A stretch of 64,000 nt of DNA from Halanaerobiales bacterium (GCA_021736945.1 JAIPEX010000002.1:7486-71485); one strand, 5' to 3'. Counted from the first letter of the stretch, positions 22,313 through 34,456 are shown. The notes: generated from the letters alone by a model not told the origin. Program-made: numbers and translations.

Positions 22313-23605
22313 TTAATTTTCCCCCTCATTATAGCTTTTAACTAATACCTTACTGCCCTTTACATCAATAACAATAATTTTTTCTCCCTTATCTATAAAA
22401 CCGCCTTCACTAACTACATCAACTCTATTATTATCTATTTCTGCAATCCCTGCTGGTCGAAGTGGTGTTTTTGTTATCCCGGTTTTATTAATAATTTCTT
22501 TTTTATCATTTGAAGCCACATAACCAATATCACTAGTTTGACTAGTTCCAAGTGATATCCGAGACCAAGCTTTTGAACTACCAAAGTATTTACCTATAAT
22601 AAATGTCAAAATAACTGTGGATATTAGGGTTGTAGCCATAATATTAATTGCAATTTCTGGAGTAGGGAATAGAAAATATAAACTTACAAATATAGAAATC
22701 ATACCCCCAATACCTGTAATACCAAATCCGGGCACTACAAAAGCTTCAAGAATAATTAATAATAATCCTACTAAAAATAGTACTATAATTCCCCAATTGG
22801 CTACACCATTTATAACATAACCACTAAAGAACAAACCTAATGACATTAAACCAACAGTACCGCCGACTCCAAAACCAGGTACTAATAATTCAAAAATTAA
22901 AGCACTAAAACCAATTATTAATAAAAAGGTACTTATATAGGGATTTGTAACGATTTGTACAAAACGATCAATAGTTTGAGGTTCTAAAATGTTAACTGTT
23001 TCTTTAGAAACCCCTAAATAACTATAAAATTCTTCATCAGTGTTAACTAATACATTAGAAATGTTGTTATTATTAGCTTCTTTAGCAGTTAAAGTTAACA
23101 ATTTTCCTTTTTCAATTACTCCCTCAATTGCTATATCTACATCTACCATTGCCTCAGCTATTTCAGGATTACGAGACCTTACTTCAGCAGTAGCTTTAAA
23201 TTCATTACGAAGGGCTGATATATATTTTTCCTCATTTGGTCTAGTTTCAGCGGCCCCTATACTGCTCCCTTCTTTCATAACTAACTCTTCTCCAGCTAAA
23301 GCAATTAGAGCACCAGCAGACCAAGCTCTATTAGAAACATAAGTTATTGTTTCTATATCTGAATTAATTATAACGTCCTTAATTTTAATAGCTGGATCTA
23401 CATAACCACCATAAGTATCAATATTTATAACAATCTTGTCCGCACCATTTTCTATAGCCTTATCAAAACTTTTATTAAAAAAAGAAAACATTGCCTGATC
23501 AATATTCCCTTGAATAGGTATTTGATAGACAATGTCTTGTGCATTTATGCTAAAAGAAAATAGTATTATCATAATAAATACTAAAAATATTTTGTTTTTA
23601 AACAT
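22313..23605 (-). CDS. NfeD-family membrane-bound ClpP-class serine protease (YqeZ-like)
   Basis: Signal peptide, ClpP-like domain (TYGGYVD, SAGALIALAG), TM bundle and C-terminal NfeD OB domain. It is directly upstream of floA. Confidence 0.8.
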   Translation of the reverse strand: MFKNKIFLVFIMIILFSFSINAQDIVYQIPIQGNIDQAMFSFFNKSFDKAIENGADKIVINIDTYGGYVDPAIKIKDVIINSDIETITYVSNRAWSAGALIALAGEELVMKEGSSIGAAETRPNEEKYISALRNEFKATAEVRSRNPEIAEAMVDVDIAIEGVIEKGKLLTLTAKEANNNNISNVLVNTDEEFYSYLGVSKETVNILEPQTIDRFVQIVTNPYISTFLLIIGFSALIFELLVPGFGVGGTVGLMSLGLFFSGYVINGVANWGIIVLFLVGLLLIILEAFVVPGFGITGIGGMISIFVSLYFLFPTPEIAINIMATTLISTVILTFIIGKYFGSSKAWSRISLGTSQTSDIGYVASNDKKEIINKTGITKTPLRPAGIAEIDNNRVDVVSEGGFIDKGEKIIVIDVKGSKVLVKSYNEGEN

Positions 23606-23630
23606 TATTTACACCTCTTTAAATTCTGTA

Positions 23631-23975
23631 TTATCCAGGAGGCCATTGCAGTTGTCTTCCACCCAAGAGATGATAATGGATATGAAATATACTCTGACCA
23701 GCTTTTTCTCTATTATTGTTAACTAATCTAAAACCATCTTTAGCAATTTCATACTTTTCAGCCATTTTTACTGCCACTTCATGAATATGGGAAATTATAT
23801 CAAATTCCTCATTTTCTAATTCCATGATATTTTCTTTGTGTTCTTTAGGAACGATTAGTAAATGTACTGGAGCCTGGGGATTTATATCCTCAAATACTAC
23901 AACCCTTTTATCTTCATACACAAGGTCAGTATCCACTTCTTTGTTTACAATTTTACAAAATAAACAATCAGACAT
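23631..23975 (-). CDS. HIT-family nucleotide hydrolase
   Basis: CLFCKI at the N-terminus and the histidine triad HIHYHLLGG. Confidence 0.9.
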   Translation of the reverse strand: MSDCLFCKIVNKEVDTDLVYEDKRVVVFEDINPQAPVHLLIVPKEHKENIMELENEEFDIISHIHEVAVKMAEKYEIAKDGFRLVNNNREKAGQSIFHIHYHLLGGRQLQWPPG

Positions 23976-24035
23976 TGCTATATATCCCCCTTTCTTATAA
24001 TATAATATTCTATATTATCCATAAAAACCCTCTTT

Positions 24036-25355
24036 TTACAAAATCTTTCCTCTTAATGACTCATAATTATGACATTTTATTAATTTAACATTTTTCAACT
24101 TTTCAATTTCATCTTCTTTAGGATCAACTAGTACCTTAATATAGTTGTCAGTATAGCCGGTATATAAACCTGTTTCATTATCTTTATTGTCTTCGATAAT
24201 AATATTTTTGCTTTCTCCTAAAAATTTTCTGTTAAATTGACTCATTAATTTTTTATTTAATTTCCTCAATCTACCAGCGTTTTTACTTTTAATATCTCCT
24301 CTTACCCTTGGTTTCATATCATAAGCTGGAGTGTTTTTTCTTCGAGAAAAGGGAAAAACATGCAATCTACTAAATCCGATTTCTTTTATAAAATCATATG
24401 TTTCTCTAAATTCCTTAATAGTTTCCCCTGGAAAACCAACAATCACATCGGTAGTAATAGCTAAATGAGGAATTTCCTCTCTAAATTTATTTACTTTTTC
24501 TCTAAATTCCTCTTTTGTGTAAGGTCTGTTCATTTTATCAAGTATTTTGTTAGAACCACTTTGGAGTGGTAAATGTAAATGAGGACAAACTTTTTCGTTT
24601 TGCTTTATCAAATTAAGCAATCTGTCATTAACTTCTGTAACTTCAATAGAACTTAATCTTATTCGTTTTAAACCTTTTATTTCAGAAAGTTCTTCAATTA
24701 AATTAACTAAAGCATATTTATCATTATTTTCAATTCCATATGCTCCAAGATGAATACCTGTTAAAACTATTTCTTTTACCCCTTTTTGATTAATAAGTTT
24801 AGTTACTTCATTTATAATATTATTTTTATCTCTACTTCTCATTTTTCCTCTAGCATAAGGAATAATACAATAACTACAAAATTGATTACATCCTTCTTGT
24901 ATCTTTATATAGGCTCTAGTTGTTTCACTTAAATCTTTTATACTCATTTCTTCAAATTCTGAAAATTTACCATAATTTAAATTATCTTTAAGTAGTTTAT
25001 TTTTATTCTTGCCAGAAATTTTTTCCTCAACTAATTCTACAATATTACTTTTTCCAGATGTACCCATAATATAATCTATTTCTTCAATTTGTGAAACTTC
25101 ATCTTCATCTACCTGAGGATAGCAACCTACCATTATTACTTTAGCATCTTCATTTCTTCTTTTAGCTCTTCTTGCATATTTTCGCGATTTACTAGCTGCC
25201 TGGGTGGTCACAGTACAACTATTAATCACATAAAGATCTGCTATATCATCGTAATTTTTTATTTCATAACCTTTTTCTATAAATTTATCCATCATAGCCT
25301 CAGTTTCATAGTGGTTAACTTTGCAACCGAGTGTATAAAAAGCGACACTTTTCAT
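24036..25355 (-). CDS. mtaB: tRNA threonylcarbamoyladenosine methylthiotransferase MtaB
   Basis: UPF0004 N-domain (TLGCKVN), radical SAM motif CNQFCSYCIIP, and a TRAM domain. It is next to rsmE, as in B. subtilis yqeV-yqeU. Confidence 0.85.
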   Translation of the reverse strand: MKSVAFYTLGCKVNHYETEAMMDKFIEKGYEIKNYDDIADLYVINSCTVTTQAASKSRKYARRAKRRNEDAKVIMVGCYPQVDEDEVSQIEEIDYIMGTSGKSNIVELVEEKISGKNKNKLLKDNLNYGKFSEFEEMSIKDLSETTRAYIKIQEGCNQFCSYCIIPYARGKMRSRDKNNIINEVTKLINQKGVKEIVLTGIHLGAYGIENNDKYALVNLIEELSEIKGLKRIRLSSIEVTEVNDRLLNLIKQNEKVCPHLHLPLQSGSNKILDKMNRPYTKEEFREKVNKFREEIPHLAITTDVIVGFPGETIKEFRETYDFIKEIGFSRLHVFPFSRRKNTPAYDMKPRVRGDIKSKNAGRLRKLNKKLMSQFNRKFLGESKNIIIEDNKDNETGLYTGYTDNYIKVLVDPKEDEIEKLKNVKLIKCHNYESLRGKIL

Positions 25356-26128
25356 TATTCTCCTCCTAAATCACCAAATTCATATAAAATTGCTGATAAA
25401 GCAACTATACCTGCAGTTTCAGTCCTTAATATCCGTGGACCTAAACTTATTGTCTCTACTTTAGTAGAAGCTACTGAATTTTCTAGTAATTCTATTTCCT
25501 GTTTTGTAAAACCACCTTCAGGGCCAATAAATAATAAAATATTGTTCACATGATTTTTCTTATAATTTTTTATAGTATTTTTAATATCTTTTGAAGTTTT
25601 ACCCGTATATAACACTAAAACTCGGTCATATTTATTCAATAATTCCTTTATCTCATCTTTATTTTCAATAGAAACTAAACTTTTTATCTCAGGTACATTT
25701 CCCCTCTGTGATTGCTTCGCAGACTCTTCAGCTATAGTCTGCCATCTTTCTATCCTTCTTTTTTCTTTGTTTTTAGAAAGTCTAACAATTGTTCTTTCGG
25801 TTTCTAAAGGAATAATATTATTAACACCAATTTCAGTACCTTTTTGGATAACAAATTCAATATTTCTATTTTTTGGAATTGCTTGAGCTAAATCAATATT
25901 AATCTGCGGCTCAGTTTGATTAACTTTTTTCTCAATAATTTTACCTAAAACAGAACTTTCCTTAAAATTTACTAGTTTAACAATATAATCGTACCCATCT
26001 CCAATAGAAATTATAATTTTATCTCCTACTTTTAGTCTTAAAGAATTAGAAATGTGGTTGAAATCATCTCCACTAATTTCAACCACATCATTTTCTATAT
26101 ATTCTGGTTTAACAAAAAATCTGTTCAT
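25355..26128 (-). CDS. rsmE: 16S rRNA (uracil1498-N3)-methyltransferase
   Basis: It begins MNRFFV and has the C-terminal SPOUT motif GPEGGF...LGPRILR.ETA. Confidence 0.85.
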   Translation of the reverse strand: MNRFFVKPEYIENDVVEISGDDFNHISNSLRLKVGDKIIISIGDGYDYIVKLVNFKESSVLGKIIEKKVNQTEPQINIDLAQAIPKNRNIEFVIQKGTEIGVNNIIPLETERTIVRLSKNKEKRRIERWQTIAEESAKQSQRGNVPEIKSLVSIENKDEIKELLNKYDRVLVLYTGKTSKDIKNTIKNYKKNHVNNILLFIGPEGGFTKQEIELLENSVASTKVETISLGPRILRTETAGIVALSAILYEFGDLGGE

Positions 26129-26162
26129 AATTTTTTGTTTCCTCTCTATTTATAAATATTGT

Positions 26163-27296
26163 TTAAAAAGCACCAAAAACATTTTTCACTTTATCAAAAA
26201 AGCCCTTTTTTTCAGGATTAATTTCTTCTCCGCTGATTTCAGCAAATTCTTCTAGTAATTCTTTTTGTTCTTTGTTTAAGTTTTTTGGAATAACAACTTT
26301 TGTTTTGATGTATTGATCACCTTTACCACTGCGATTCAAATGCGTAATTCCTTTATTTTTTAATCTGAATGTGGTTCCAGGTTGAGTACCTTGAGGGATA
26401 TTGAATTTAACTTTACCTTCTAAAGTAGGTACCTTAATTTCATCTCCTAAAGTAGCTTGAACAAAATTTATAGGAATCTCACAATATACATTATCACCTT
26501 TACGATCAAAAATTTCATGTTCTTGCACTTGTATGATAATGTATAAATCTCCACTGGCGGCTCCTTTTTCACCAGCTTCGCCTTCACCAGCCATTCTTAA
26601 TTTGCTACCATCATTAACTCCTGCCGGTATGTTGATAGTTAATTGTCGTCTTCTTTGGACTTTTCCAGTACCATTACAATTTGAACAAGGATTCTTTACT
26701 ATTTCACCACTTCCCCCACATCTATCACAGGTTTTAGTTTGAGCAAACCTACCAAAAGGAGTTTGCTGGGTTACTCTAATTTGTCCTTGACCGTTACATT
26801 TAGGGCATGTCTTAACATCTGAACTCGATTCTGCGCCTGAACCATCACATTCAGGACATACTTCAGTTCTGGGTATTGTAATTTGTTTTTCAGCACCAAA
26901 AGCAGCTTCTTCAAATGAGATTTGTAATTTATACTGTAAATCTCTTCCTCGCTGGGGACCACGACGGCGACTTCTACCGCCTCTTCCACCACCGAAGAAC
27001 ATATCAAAGATATCTTCAAAACCACCGAAACCTCCACGAGCGAAATCATCAAAGTTAAAGTCATCTTCTCCAATACCTGAATGACCGTATTGATCATATC
27101 TTTTTCTCTTTTCAGGGTCACTTAATATTTCATAGGCTTCTGAAATTTCTTTGAACTTTTCACTCGATTTTTCATCTCCATCATTGGTATCGGGGTGGTA
27201 TTTTTTTGCTAATTTTCTATATGCTTTTTTGATTTCTTTTTGGGATGCATCTTTACTAACACCCAGGATATCATAATAATCTTTTTTACCTGGCAT
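26163..27296 (-). CDS. dnaJ: molecular chaperone DnaJ
   Basis: J domain with HPD, a G/F-rich linker, and four CxxCxGxG zinc repeats. Confidence 0.95.
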   Translation of the reverse strand: MPGKKDYYDILGVSKDASQKEIKKAYRKLAKKYHPDTNDGDEKSSEKFKEISEAYEILSDPEKRKRYDQYGHSGIGEDDFNFDDFARGGFGGFEDIFDMFFGGGRGGRSRRRGPQRGRDLQYKLQISFEEAAFGAEKQITIPRTEVCPECDGSGAESSSDVKTCPKCNGQGQIRVTQQTPFGRFAQTKTCDRCGGSGEIVKNPCSNCNGTGKVQRRRQLTINIPAGVNDGSKLRMAGEGEAGEKGAASGDLYIIIQVQEHEIFDRKGDNVYCEIPINFVQATLGDEIKVPTLEGKVKFNIPQGTQPGTTFRLKNKGITHLNRSGKGDQYIKTKVVIPKNLNKEQKELLEEFAEISGEEINPEKKGFFDKVKNVFGAF

Positions 27297-27330
27297 TAAA
27301 AATCACCTCATAATTTTATACAATCAAAAA

Positions 27331-27350
27331 AAGGGGAATTATATCCCCTT
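27331..27350 (-). terminator. intercistronic hairpin / partial terminator between dnaK and dnaJ
   Basis: On minus-strand RNA, AAGGGGA-uauaau-UCCCCUU is followed by UUUUUGAUU. Confidence 0.55.
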
Positions 27351-27370
27351 TTTTCTTTTATACACAATAA

Positions 27371-29227
27371 TTATTTATTTTCATCATCTACTTCTTCATA
27401 GTCAACATCTACTGTGTCATCTTCTTCACTTGATTCGCCTGACTGCTGGGCTCCAGCTTGCTGCTGAGCGCCTGCTTGTCCTTGGGCTCCTTCTTGTGTT
27501 TGAGAATATATTTGTGAACTTAACTCTGTAAGTTGTTCATTTAGAGCTTCCTTTTTCTCTTCAATAAGATCAATATCATCTTCGTCAATTGCATCTTGTA
27601 ATTCATCTCTAGCATCTTTTACTTTTTCTATTAAAGAATCATCAACTTTATCTTCTGCTTTATCTAATGTTTTCTTAGTAGTGTGAATTAGAGCATCTGC
27701 TTCATTTTTGGTTTCAACTTCTTGTCTTTTTCTTTTATCTTCTTCAGCATGTTCTTCTGCTTCTTTAACCATTTCTTCTATTTCTTCTTCAGACAAGCCA
27801 GAGGAAGATTCTATTGTTATATTCTGCTCATTTCCAGTTCCTTTATCCTCTGCGGATACATGTACTATACCATTTTCATCTATATCAAATGTTACTTCAA
27901 TTTGTGGTACTCCACGTGGTGCAGGAGGTATTCCTGTTAATTGAAATCTACCTAATGTTTTATTGTCCTTGGCCATTTCTCTTTCACCCTGCAGCACATG
28001 AATATCAACTGCAGTTTGATTATCTTGAGCAGTTGAGAATACTTTACTTTTTGAAGTTGGGATTGTAGTATTTCTATCAATTAATTTTGTAAATACTCCA
28101 CCTTGGGTTTCGATACCTAAGGAAAGTGGTGTTACATCTAATAGTACTATATCATCAACTTCACCAGATAATACTCCAGCCTGAATTGCTGCACCTACAG
28201 CTACTACCTCATCAGGGTTAATTCCTTTATGAGGATCCTTACCAATTTTATCTTTTACAGCTTCTTGGACCGCTGGAATTCTTGTAGATCCACCAACTAA
28301 AATTACTTCATCAATATCAGATGGACTAAATCCAGCATCATTAAGTGCTTTGTCAGTAGGACCCATAGTGTCATTAATTAAATCTTCAACAAGTTCTTCA
28401 AATTTAGCTCGAGTTATATCAACATCTAAATGTTTTGGACCATCATCTGTTTGTGTAATGAAAGGTAAATTAACATTGGTCTGTTTAACACTTGAAAGTT
28501 CAATTTTAGCTTTTTCTGCAGCATCTTTTAAACGCTGTAAAGCCATTCTGTCATCTCTTAAATCAATACCTGTTTCACTTTTGAATTCTTCAGCTAAATA
28601 ATCTATAATTCTTTCATCAAAGTCATCTCCACCAAGAGAATTATTACCGTGAGTAGAAACAACTTCAAATACTCCATCTCCTAATTCAAGAATTGAAACA
28701 TCAAATGTTCCGCCACCTAAGTCAAAAACTAAAATGGTTTGTTCAGATTCATCATCTAGTCCATAAGCTAAGGAAGCAGCTGTCGGTTCATTAATTATTC
28801 TTTTTACATTAAAACCTGCAATTTTTCCTGCATCCTTAGTTGCTTGTCTCTGTGAATCAGAAAAGTATGCAGGCACAGTAATAACTGCATCCTCAATCTC
28901 TTCACCTAAGTATTCCTCTGCATCTTGTTTCATCTTCTGTAAGATCATTGCAGAAATTTCTTGAGGTGTATATTCTTTATCTCCCATTTGTTTTTTTATA
29001 TCTTTACCCATTTGTCGTTTAATAGATGCTACTGTATTATCAGGATTAGTAATAGCCTGACGTTTAGCATATTCACCTACAAGTCTTTCTCCTTTTTTAG
29101 AATAAGCAGCTACAGAAGGAGTTGTTCTCTTTCCTTCTTTATTTGGAATTACAGTTGGTTCTCCACCTTCCATAACAGCCATACATGAATTTGTGGTTCC
29201 TAAATCAATACCTAGTATCTTACTCAT
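27371..29227 (-). CDS. dnaK: molecular chaperone DnaK (Hsp70)
   Basis: Motifs: [30 protein letters not shown]. The C-terminal tail is acidic. Confidence 0.97.
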   Translation of the reverse strand: MSKILGIDLGTTNSCMAVMEGGEPTVIPNKEGKRTTPSVAAYSKKGERLVGEYAKRQAITNPDNTVASIKRQMGKDIKKQMGDKEYTPQEISAMILQKMKQDAEEYLGEEIEDAVITVPAYFSDSQRQATKDAGKIAGFNVKRIINEPTAASLAYGLDDESEQTILVFDLGGGTFDVSILELGDGVFEVVSTHGNNSLGGDDFDERIIDYLAEEFKSETGIDLRDDRMALQRLKDAAEKAKIELSSVKQTNVNLPFITQTDDGPKHLDVDITRAKFEELVEDLINDTMGPTDKALNDAGFSPSDIDEVILVGGSTRIPAVQEAVKDKIGKDPHKGINPDEVVAVGAAIQAGVLSGEVDDIVLLDVTPLSLGIETQGGVFTKLIDRNTTIPTSKSKVFSTAQDNQTAVDIHVLQGEREMAKDNKTLGRFQLTGIPPAPRGVPQIEVTFDIDENGIVHVSAEDKGTGNEQNITIESSSGLSEEEIEEMVKEAEEHAEEDKRKRQEVETKNEADALIHTTKKTLDKAEDKVDDSLIEKVKDARDELQDAIDEDDIDLIEEKKEALNEQLTELSSQIYSQTQEGAQGQAGAQQQAGAQQSGESSEEDDTVDVDYEEVDDENK

Positions 29228-29272
29228 TAAAGATTCCTCCTTTTATATATTCAATGATTTATTTTAATTGTT

Positions 29273-29860
29273 CTAGACAGCCACTTTTACCATGGCCGGT
29301 CTAACAACTTTACCATCCATTAAGTAACCTTTTTGAATCTCTTCAACTATATAACCTGATTCATATTCCTCTGATTCTACCTGCATTACTGCTTCATGAA
29401 AGGCTGGATCAAATTCTTCACCTTCAGTTTCTATGATTTTAAGCCCTTCTTTTTTAAGAGCATCTAATAATTGTTTATGAATCAGGCTAACTCCGGATAG
29501 AAACTCAGATTCCTCATCAACTGATTTTAAAGCTCTTTCAAAATTATCAATTACTGGCAAAAGTGAATTAATTATTTCTGTTTTTGTCTTTATCTCTAAT
29601 TGTTCTTTTTCTTTATTCACACGATTTCTATAATTTACAAAGTCAGCTTTCATTCTTTTTAATTTATTTAAATACTCATCTTTTTCTTCAGTTACTTTAG
29701 TGAGTTGCTTCTTTATTTCTTCAAGTCTTTCTTCCATAACTTCTTCTGTGACATCTTCTTCAAGATCAACAGTTTCTTTTTGATTTTCTTCATTATTCAA
29801 TTTTTCTTCCTGAACAGTTTCCTGTTCGTTTTCAACATTATTATCTTCTTTAGCCACCAT
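29273..29860 (-). CDS. grpE: nucleotide exchange factor GrpE
   Basis: An acidic N-terminus, a coiled coil with DFVNYRNR, and a C-terminal beta domain ending RPAMVKV. Confidence 0.9.
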   Translation of the reverse strand: MVAKEDNNVENEQETVQEEKLNNEENQKETVDLEEDVTEEVMEERLEEIKKQLTKVTEEKDEYLNKLKRMKADFVNYRNRVNKEKEQLEIKTKTEIINSLLPVIDNFERALKSVDEESEFLSGVSLIHKQLLDALKKEGLKIIETEGEEFDPAFHEAVMQVESEEYESGYIVEEIQKGYLMDGKVVRPAMVKVAV

Positions 29861-30910
29861 TTATTTATTCACCTCTGAAATAATTTTACTTAATATATCT
29901 GATACTATATTGACTGTAGATATCACTCGCGGATATTCCATTCTTGTCGGGCCTAAGACGCCAATTTTCCCAACAGCCTCATCACCAATTGAATAATTGG
30001 CTATTACAACACTACAGCGCTGCATTTCTTCCATTTCATTTTCATGTCCGATTCTGACTTCTAATTCTTTGTTCTTTTCAGCCTTAATAATTTTCTTGAG
30101 TGTATCCTCATGGTCTAAAACATTTAATACTTTTTTCAAATATTCTATATCATTAAACTCAGGCTGATCGAGTATATAAGAAGTTCCTCCGATATATATT
30201 TTAACATCTTCTGGGTTTACCAACTCTTTTATTTCCTTATTTATTATAGTGAATATATGGTGTGATAAATTTATTTTTTTGATTAATTCTTTTTCAATTT
30301 CTTCAAAGAACTCTTTATCTAATTGTGTTATATTTTTCCCCTCAATTTTATTAACCAAAAAGTTATTTATATATCTTATTTTTCTTTTATTTAATTCTTC
30401 TTTAATACCTATTAATTTATCACTAACAAACCCATTATCTGTTACCATAACTAATAATAATTTATTATGAGTTACTTTCATTAATTGAACTTCACTAATC
30501 TTTATATTTTTAAACTCAGGTTCTGTGATCATTGTTGCATACTTTGTAAACTCGGATAGCATAGTTGTCATGCTTGATACTATACTATTTATACCTTGTC
30601 TATCTTTTGCTATTTCTGAAAGAGTTTTTATTAGTTTATCAGAATTAACACCTTTGTTTTTCATAAGAATATCCACATAATACCTATACCCTTTATCAGA
30701 AGGGATACGTCCTGCTGAGGTATGTGGTTGTTTCAAATAACCCAATTCTTCTAAATCAGCCATCTCATTCCTGATTGTAGCCGAACTAACTCCTAGATCA
30801 TATTTTTTAGCGAGTGTACGGGATCCGACTGGAGATGCTGTTACAATATGTTCTTGAATGATGGCGTGAAGTATTTTCTTTTTGCGTTCATCTAAATTTT
30901 TTACCATCAT
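29861..30910 (-). CDS. hrcA: heat-inducible transcription repressor HrcA
   Basis: Motifs: L.ERKKKILHAII.E...ASPVGSRTLAK and SSATIRNEMADLEELGYL. I trimmed the ORF-track start (30937) to the Met at 30910. The longer ORF would run through the CIRCE operator, and GAGGTG lies just upstream of 30910. Confidence 0.9.
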   Translation of the reverse strand: MMVKNLDERKKKILHAIIQEHIVTASPVGSRTLAKKYDLGVSSATIRNEMADLEELGYLKQPHTSAGRIPSDKGYRYYVDILMKNKGVNSDKLIKTLSEIAKDRQGINSIVSSMTTMLSEFTKYATMITEPEFKNIKISEVQLMKVTHNKLLLVMVTDNGFVSDKLIGIKEELNKRKIRYINNFLVNKIEGKNITQLDKEFFEEIEKELIKKINLSHHIFTIINKEIKELVNPEDVKIYIGGTSYILDQPEFNDIEYLKKVLNVLDHEDTLKKIIKAEKNKELEVRIGHENEMEEMQRCSVVIANYSIGDEAVGKIGVLGPTRMEYPRVISTVNIVSDILSKIISEVNK

Positions 30911-30923
30911 CTTCACCTCTTTT

Positions 30924-30950
30924 TTAGCACTCAACAAAACAGAGTGCTAA
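30924..30950 (-). promoter_or_regulatory. CIRCE operator (HrcA binding site)
   Basis: Perfect consensus inverted repeat TTAGCACTC-N9-GAGTGCTAA, immediately upstream of hrcA. Confidence 0.92.
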
Positions 30951-30961
30951 TAACTATTAAT

Positions 30962-30990
30962 AAAATAACATATCACTATTATTTTGTCAA
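30962..30990 (-). promoter_or_regulatory. putative sigma-A promoter of the hrcA-grpE-dnaK-dnaJ operon
   Basis: On the minus strand, TTGACA-17 nt-TATTTT, with the CIRCE element just downstream. Confidence 0.45.
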
Positions 30991-31019
30991 ATACTTTTAA
31001 AGCTAATTCAAAAATATTT

Positions 31020-32180
31020 TTACTCTAATAGAAATTCTGCTAATACTAAGTTGCCAAGGTTTAAACCTTTCTTGGTCATAGTAATTTTTTCATTATCTTC
31101 TTTAATTAAATTTTCTTTTTTTAATTTATTAATTTTATTTCCATACAAATCAAATATTGATATCCCAAATCTATTTTTAAATTCTTTTATGTTTATACCT
31201 TTATTTAATCTCAAACCCATAATCATTCTTTCAGTTATTAACTCTTTTTTTGATAACTTAACTATTTTTTCAACTGGAAAATTACAATTTGAAATTTCTT
31301 TATTATAAGATTTTATATCTTGTATATTATAGTAACGATTAGAACCATTAAATCCATGAGCAGAAGGTCCTAAACCTAGATAAGGTTTATAATTCCAGTA
31401 TGTTAAATTATGCTTTGATTCATAGCCTTTTTTAGCAAAATTTGAAATTTCATATTGATTATAATTATTTGTTGTTAGTTGTTTAATGGCATAGTTATAC
31501 ATTTTATAATCTAGATCTTCTGAAATTCTCTCTATTTCATTTTTGTTTAGTTTTTTATATAAAGGAGTTTCTTCTTCAATTTGTAAATTGTATAAAGAAA
31601 TGTGGGGAGGATTTATCTTAATAGCTTGTTGTAAACTTTGTTTAAACTTTTTAAAAGTTTGTCCAGGAATAGCAAATATTAGGTCCAAGCTATAATTATC
31701 AAAATAATTCTTAATAATTTCTATAGTATTTAATGAATCCTCCACATCATGTATTCTGCCTAAAAAGTCAAGTTCTTTATCTATAAATGATTGGACTCCT
31801 AAACTGATTCTATTGATACCTGCCTGCTTATAACTAATAATTTTATTTTTATCCAAACTTTCAGGGTTAGCTTCAATTGTAGTTTCAATTTCTTTATTAA
31901 TTACTACAAAATTTCTAGTAATAGTCTTTAATATTTCTTTTATAGATTTTGAAGAAAGTGTACTTGGGGTCCCACCACCAAAATAGATGGTTTTAATTTT
32001 ATGAACATCTAAATTATTAGAGTATAGTTTAATTTCTTCTTTTAAATTATCTATATATTTATCCATTAAATTTTTGCATGTTTTAAGGGAATAAAAATCA
32101 CAATAATTACATTTGTTTTTACAAAATGGTATATGAATATATAAGCCGAATGGTTCCTTATAATTTAAAAAATTAATCAT
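31020..32180 (-). CDS. hemW: radical SAM heme chaperone HemW (HemN-like, oxygen-independent coproporphyrinogen oxidase family)
   Basis: Motifs: [17 protein letters not shown] (CxxxCxxC) and GGGTPS. It is downstream of lepA. The likely start is the Met at 32180 (or 32186), overlapping the lepA stop; the ORF-track start at 32237 is probably too long. Confidence 0.85.
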   Translation of the reverse strand: MINFLNYKEPFGLYIHIPFCKNKCNYCDFYSLKTCKNLMDKYIDNLKEEIKLYSNNLDVHKIKTIYFGGGTPSTLSSKSIKEILKTITRNFVVINKEIETTIEANPESLDKNKIISYKQAGINRISLGVQSFIDKELDFLGRIHDVEDSLNTIEIIKNYFDNYSLDLIFAIPGQTFKKFKQSLQQAIKINPPHISLYNLQIEEETPLYKKLNKNEIERISEDLDYKMYNYAIKQLTTNNYNQYEISNFAKKGYESKHNLTYWNYKPYLGLGPSAHGFNGSNRYYNIQDIKSYNKEISNCNFPVEKIVKLSKKELITERMIMGLRLNKGINIKEFKNRFGISIFDLYGNKINKLKKENLIKEDNEKITMTKKGLNLGNLVLAEFLLE

Positions 32181-33960
32181 CGTCATTCCTTTCAAGTATA
32201 GCCATAAAAGCTTCTTGAGGAATCTCAACTTTACCAACCATTTTCATTCTTTTTTTACCTTCTTTTTGTTTCTCAAGTAATTTTCTTTTTCTACTAATAT
32301 CTCCACCATAACATTTTTGTAGCACATCTTTTCTTTTAGCCTGAATATTTACTCTCGCTAATATATTATTGTCTACCGCAGCCTGAATTGGTACTTTAAA
32401 CATTTGTTTAGGCATGATTTCTTTTAATTTCCTGACTATTTGCTGACCTTTATAACGAGCATCATCATTAAATACAATTGTAGATAATGCATCAACAGGT
32501 TCTTTATTAACTAATATATCTAGTTTTACAAGATCAGCTTCTTCATAACCTATTATTTCGTAATCAAGTGTAGCATAACCTTTAGATTTAGATTTTAATT
32601 GATTAAAAAAGTCAGTAATTATTTCACTTAAAGGCATCTTATATTTTAATGCAACACGATTTTCATCTACATACTGCATATCAATGAATTCACCGCGATT
32701 TTCCTGACATAATTCCATAATAGAACCTATATGTTCTTCAGGCACATGAATAGTAGCTTCTACAAATGGTTCTTTAATAACCTCAATTTCATTCTGATCC
32801 GGAAAATCTGCCGGATTTTCTATTTCATATAATTCTTCTGATTCCGTTTGCACTTTATAAATTACAGAAGGTGCAGTAATTATTAAATCTAAGTCATACT
32901 CTCTTTCTAATCTTTCTTGGATTATCTCCATGTGTAATAATCCTAAGAATCCACATCTAAAACCAAATCCTAATGCCTCTGATGTTTCAGGCTCAAATAC
33001 TAAGGAAGCATCATTAAGTTGTAACTTTTCTAATGCATCTTTTAATAGATTATAATCATTATTATCTGAAGGGTATAAACCACTATAAACCATTGGCTTA
33101 ACCTTTTTATATCCAGGCAGAGGATTTGGAGCTGGATTTTCAGAAGATGTCATTGTATCACCAACACGACAGTTTCTTACATCCTTAATCCCTGCAATTA
33201 TATAACCAACTTCTCCTGCAGTCAACTCATCCACTGCCGTCATAGTTGGGTTAAAGACTCCTAACTCATCTACTTCATACTTATAATCATTAGCCATCAT
33301 CTTAACCTTATCATTAACTCTAACAACACCGTCTATAACCCTTACATAAGCTATAACTCCTTGATAAGAATCATATACCGAATCAAATACTAATGCTCTT
33401 AAAGGCTTTTTAGTATTTTCTTCTGGGGCTGGAATTCTCTCAATAACTGCATTTAGAACTTCATCAATATTAGTTCCTTCTTTGGCACTAGTTAATATGG
33501 CTTCTTCAGGATCAATCCCCACTTCTAATAATTGTTCTTTTACTCTTGTAGGGTTAGCACTATCTAAATCAATCTTATTTATTACTGGTATTATTTCTAA
33601 ATCATTTTCAAGCGCTAAATATATATTAGCCATGGTTTGTGCCTCTATTCCCTGAGCAGCGTCGATTACTAACAAAGCTCCTTCAGCTGCTGCTAAACTT
33701 TTTGAAACTTCATAGGAAAAATCTACATGTCCGGGAGTATCAATCAAGTTCAACTCATAGCCATCGTAATTTATCCTAACAGCCTGAGCCTTAATAGTAA
33801 TACCTCTTTCACGTTCTAAATCCATGTTATCAAGTACCTGATCTTTCATATCACGATCTGATATCGTGTTTGTATATTCCAATAAACGGTCAGCAAGAGT
33901 TGATTTGCCGTGGTCTATATGGGCTATTATACAAAAGTTCCTTATATGCTGACAGTCCAT
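32173..33960 (-). CDS. lepA: elongation factor 4
   Basis: Motifs: [32 protein letters not shown]. The C-terminal LepA domain is also present. Confidence 0.95.
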   Translation of the reverse strand: MDCQHIRNFCIIAHIDHGKSTLADRLLEYTNTISDRDMKDQVLDNMDLERERGITIKAQAVRINYDGYELNLIDTPGHVDFSYEVSKSLAAAEGALLVIDAAQGIEAQTMANIYLALENDLEIIPVINKIDLDSANPTRVKEQLLEVGIDPEEAILTSAKEGTNIDEVLNAVIERIPAPEENTKKPLRALVFDSVYDSYQGVIAYVRVIDGVVRVNDKVKMMANDYKYEVDELGVFNPTMTAVDELTAGEVGYIIAGIKDVRNCRVGDTMTSSENPAPNPLPGYKKVKPMVYSGLYPSDNNDYNLLKDALEKLQLNDASLVFEPETSEALGFGFRCGFLGLLHMEIIQERLEREYDLDLIITAPSVIYKVQTESEELYEIENPADFPDQNEIEVIKEPFVEATIHVPEEHIGSIMELCQENRGEFIDMQYVDENRVALKYKMPLSEIITDFFNQLKSKSKGYATLDYEIIGYEEADLVKLDILVNKEPVDALSTIVFNDDARYKGQQIVRKLKEIMPKQMFKVPIQAAVDNNILARVNIQAKRKDVLQKCYGGDISRKRKLLEKQKEGKKRMKMVGKVEIPQEAFMAILERNDDD

Positions 33961-34081
33961 AATTTTTCTCCTTTCTTTATATCGATACTGCGCTAATTAT
34001 AACATTGTATATTTCATATATCAAGAATCAAAGCAAAATCAGCAAAAGTATCTGCATTTTATAATAATATAGTATAAAAGC

Positions 34082-34110
34082 TTGCATTTTTATATATCTA
34101 ATGTTAAAAT
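34082..34110 (+). promoter_or_regulatory. putative sigma-A promoter of rpsT
   Basis: TTGCAT-17 nt-TAAAAT, about 65 nt upstream of the rpsT start. Confidence 0.45.
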
Positions 34111-34174
34111 TGATATGTTGCAAATTTAGGAACAAAATATAAATATACTGTTCACTTACAAGGAGGTGAAGGTT

Positions 34175-34438
34175 ATGCCTATTATTGAATCAGCAAAGAA
34201 AAGAGTAAGACAGAATGAAAAGAAAAGAAAAGTTAACAAACGCTGGAAGGATAAGCTAAAAAATACTATTAAAGAATTTGAAGCTGCTATCGAAGAAGGT
34301 AATGTTGAAAAAGCAGAAGATTTATTACCTGAAACTTATAAAATTATTGATAAAGCAGCATCTCATGATATTATCCATAAAAATAATGCTGCTAGAAAAA
34401 AATCCAAAATGAAAAGAATGTTAAATGATTTAAAATAA
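34175..34438 (+). CDS. rpsT: 30S ribosomal protein S20
   Basis: MPIIESAKKRVRQNEKKR... is typical of bS20. AGGAGG lies 8 nt upstream of the ATG at 34175. The ORF-track start (34166) is an upstream GTG inside the SD. Confidence 0.9.
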   Translation: MPIIESAKKRVRQNEKKRKVNKRWKDKLKNTIKEFEAAIEEGNVEKAEDLLPETYKIIDKAASHDIIHKNNAARKKSKMKRMLNDLK

Positions 34439-34456
34439 AATAATAGTATTTAAAAA

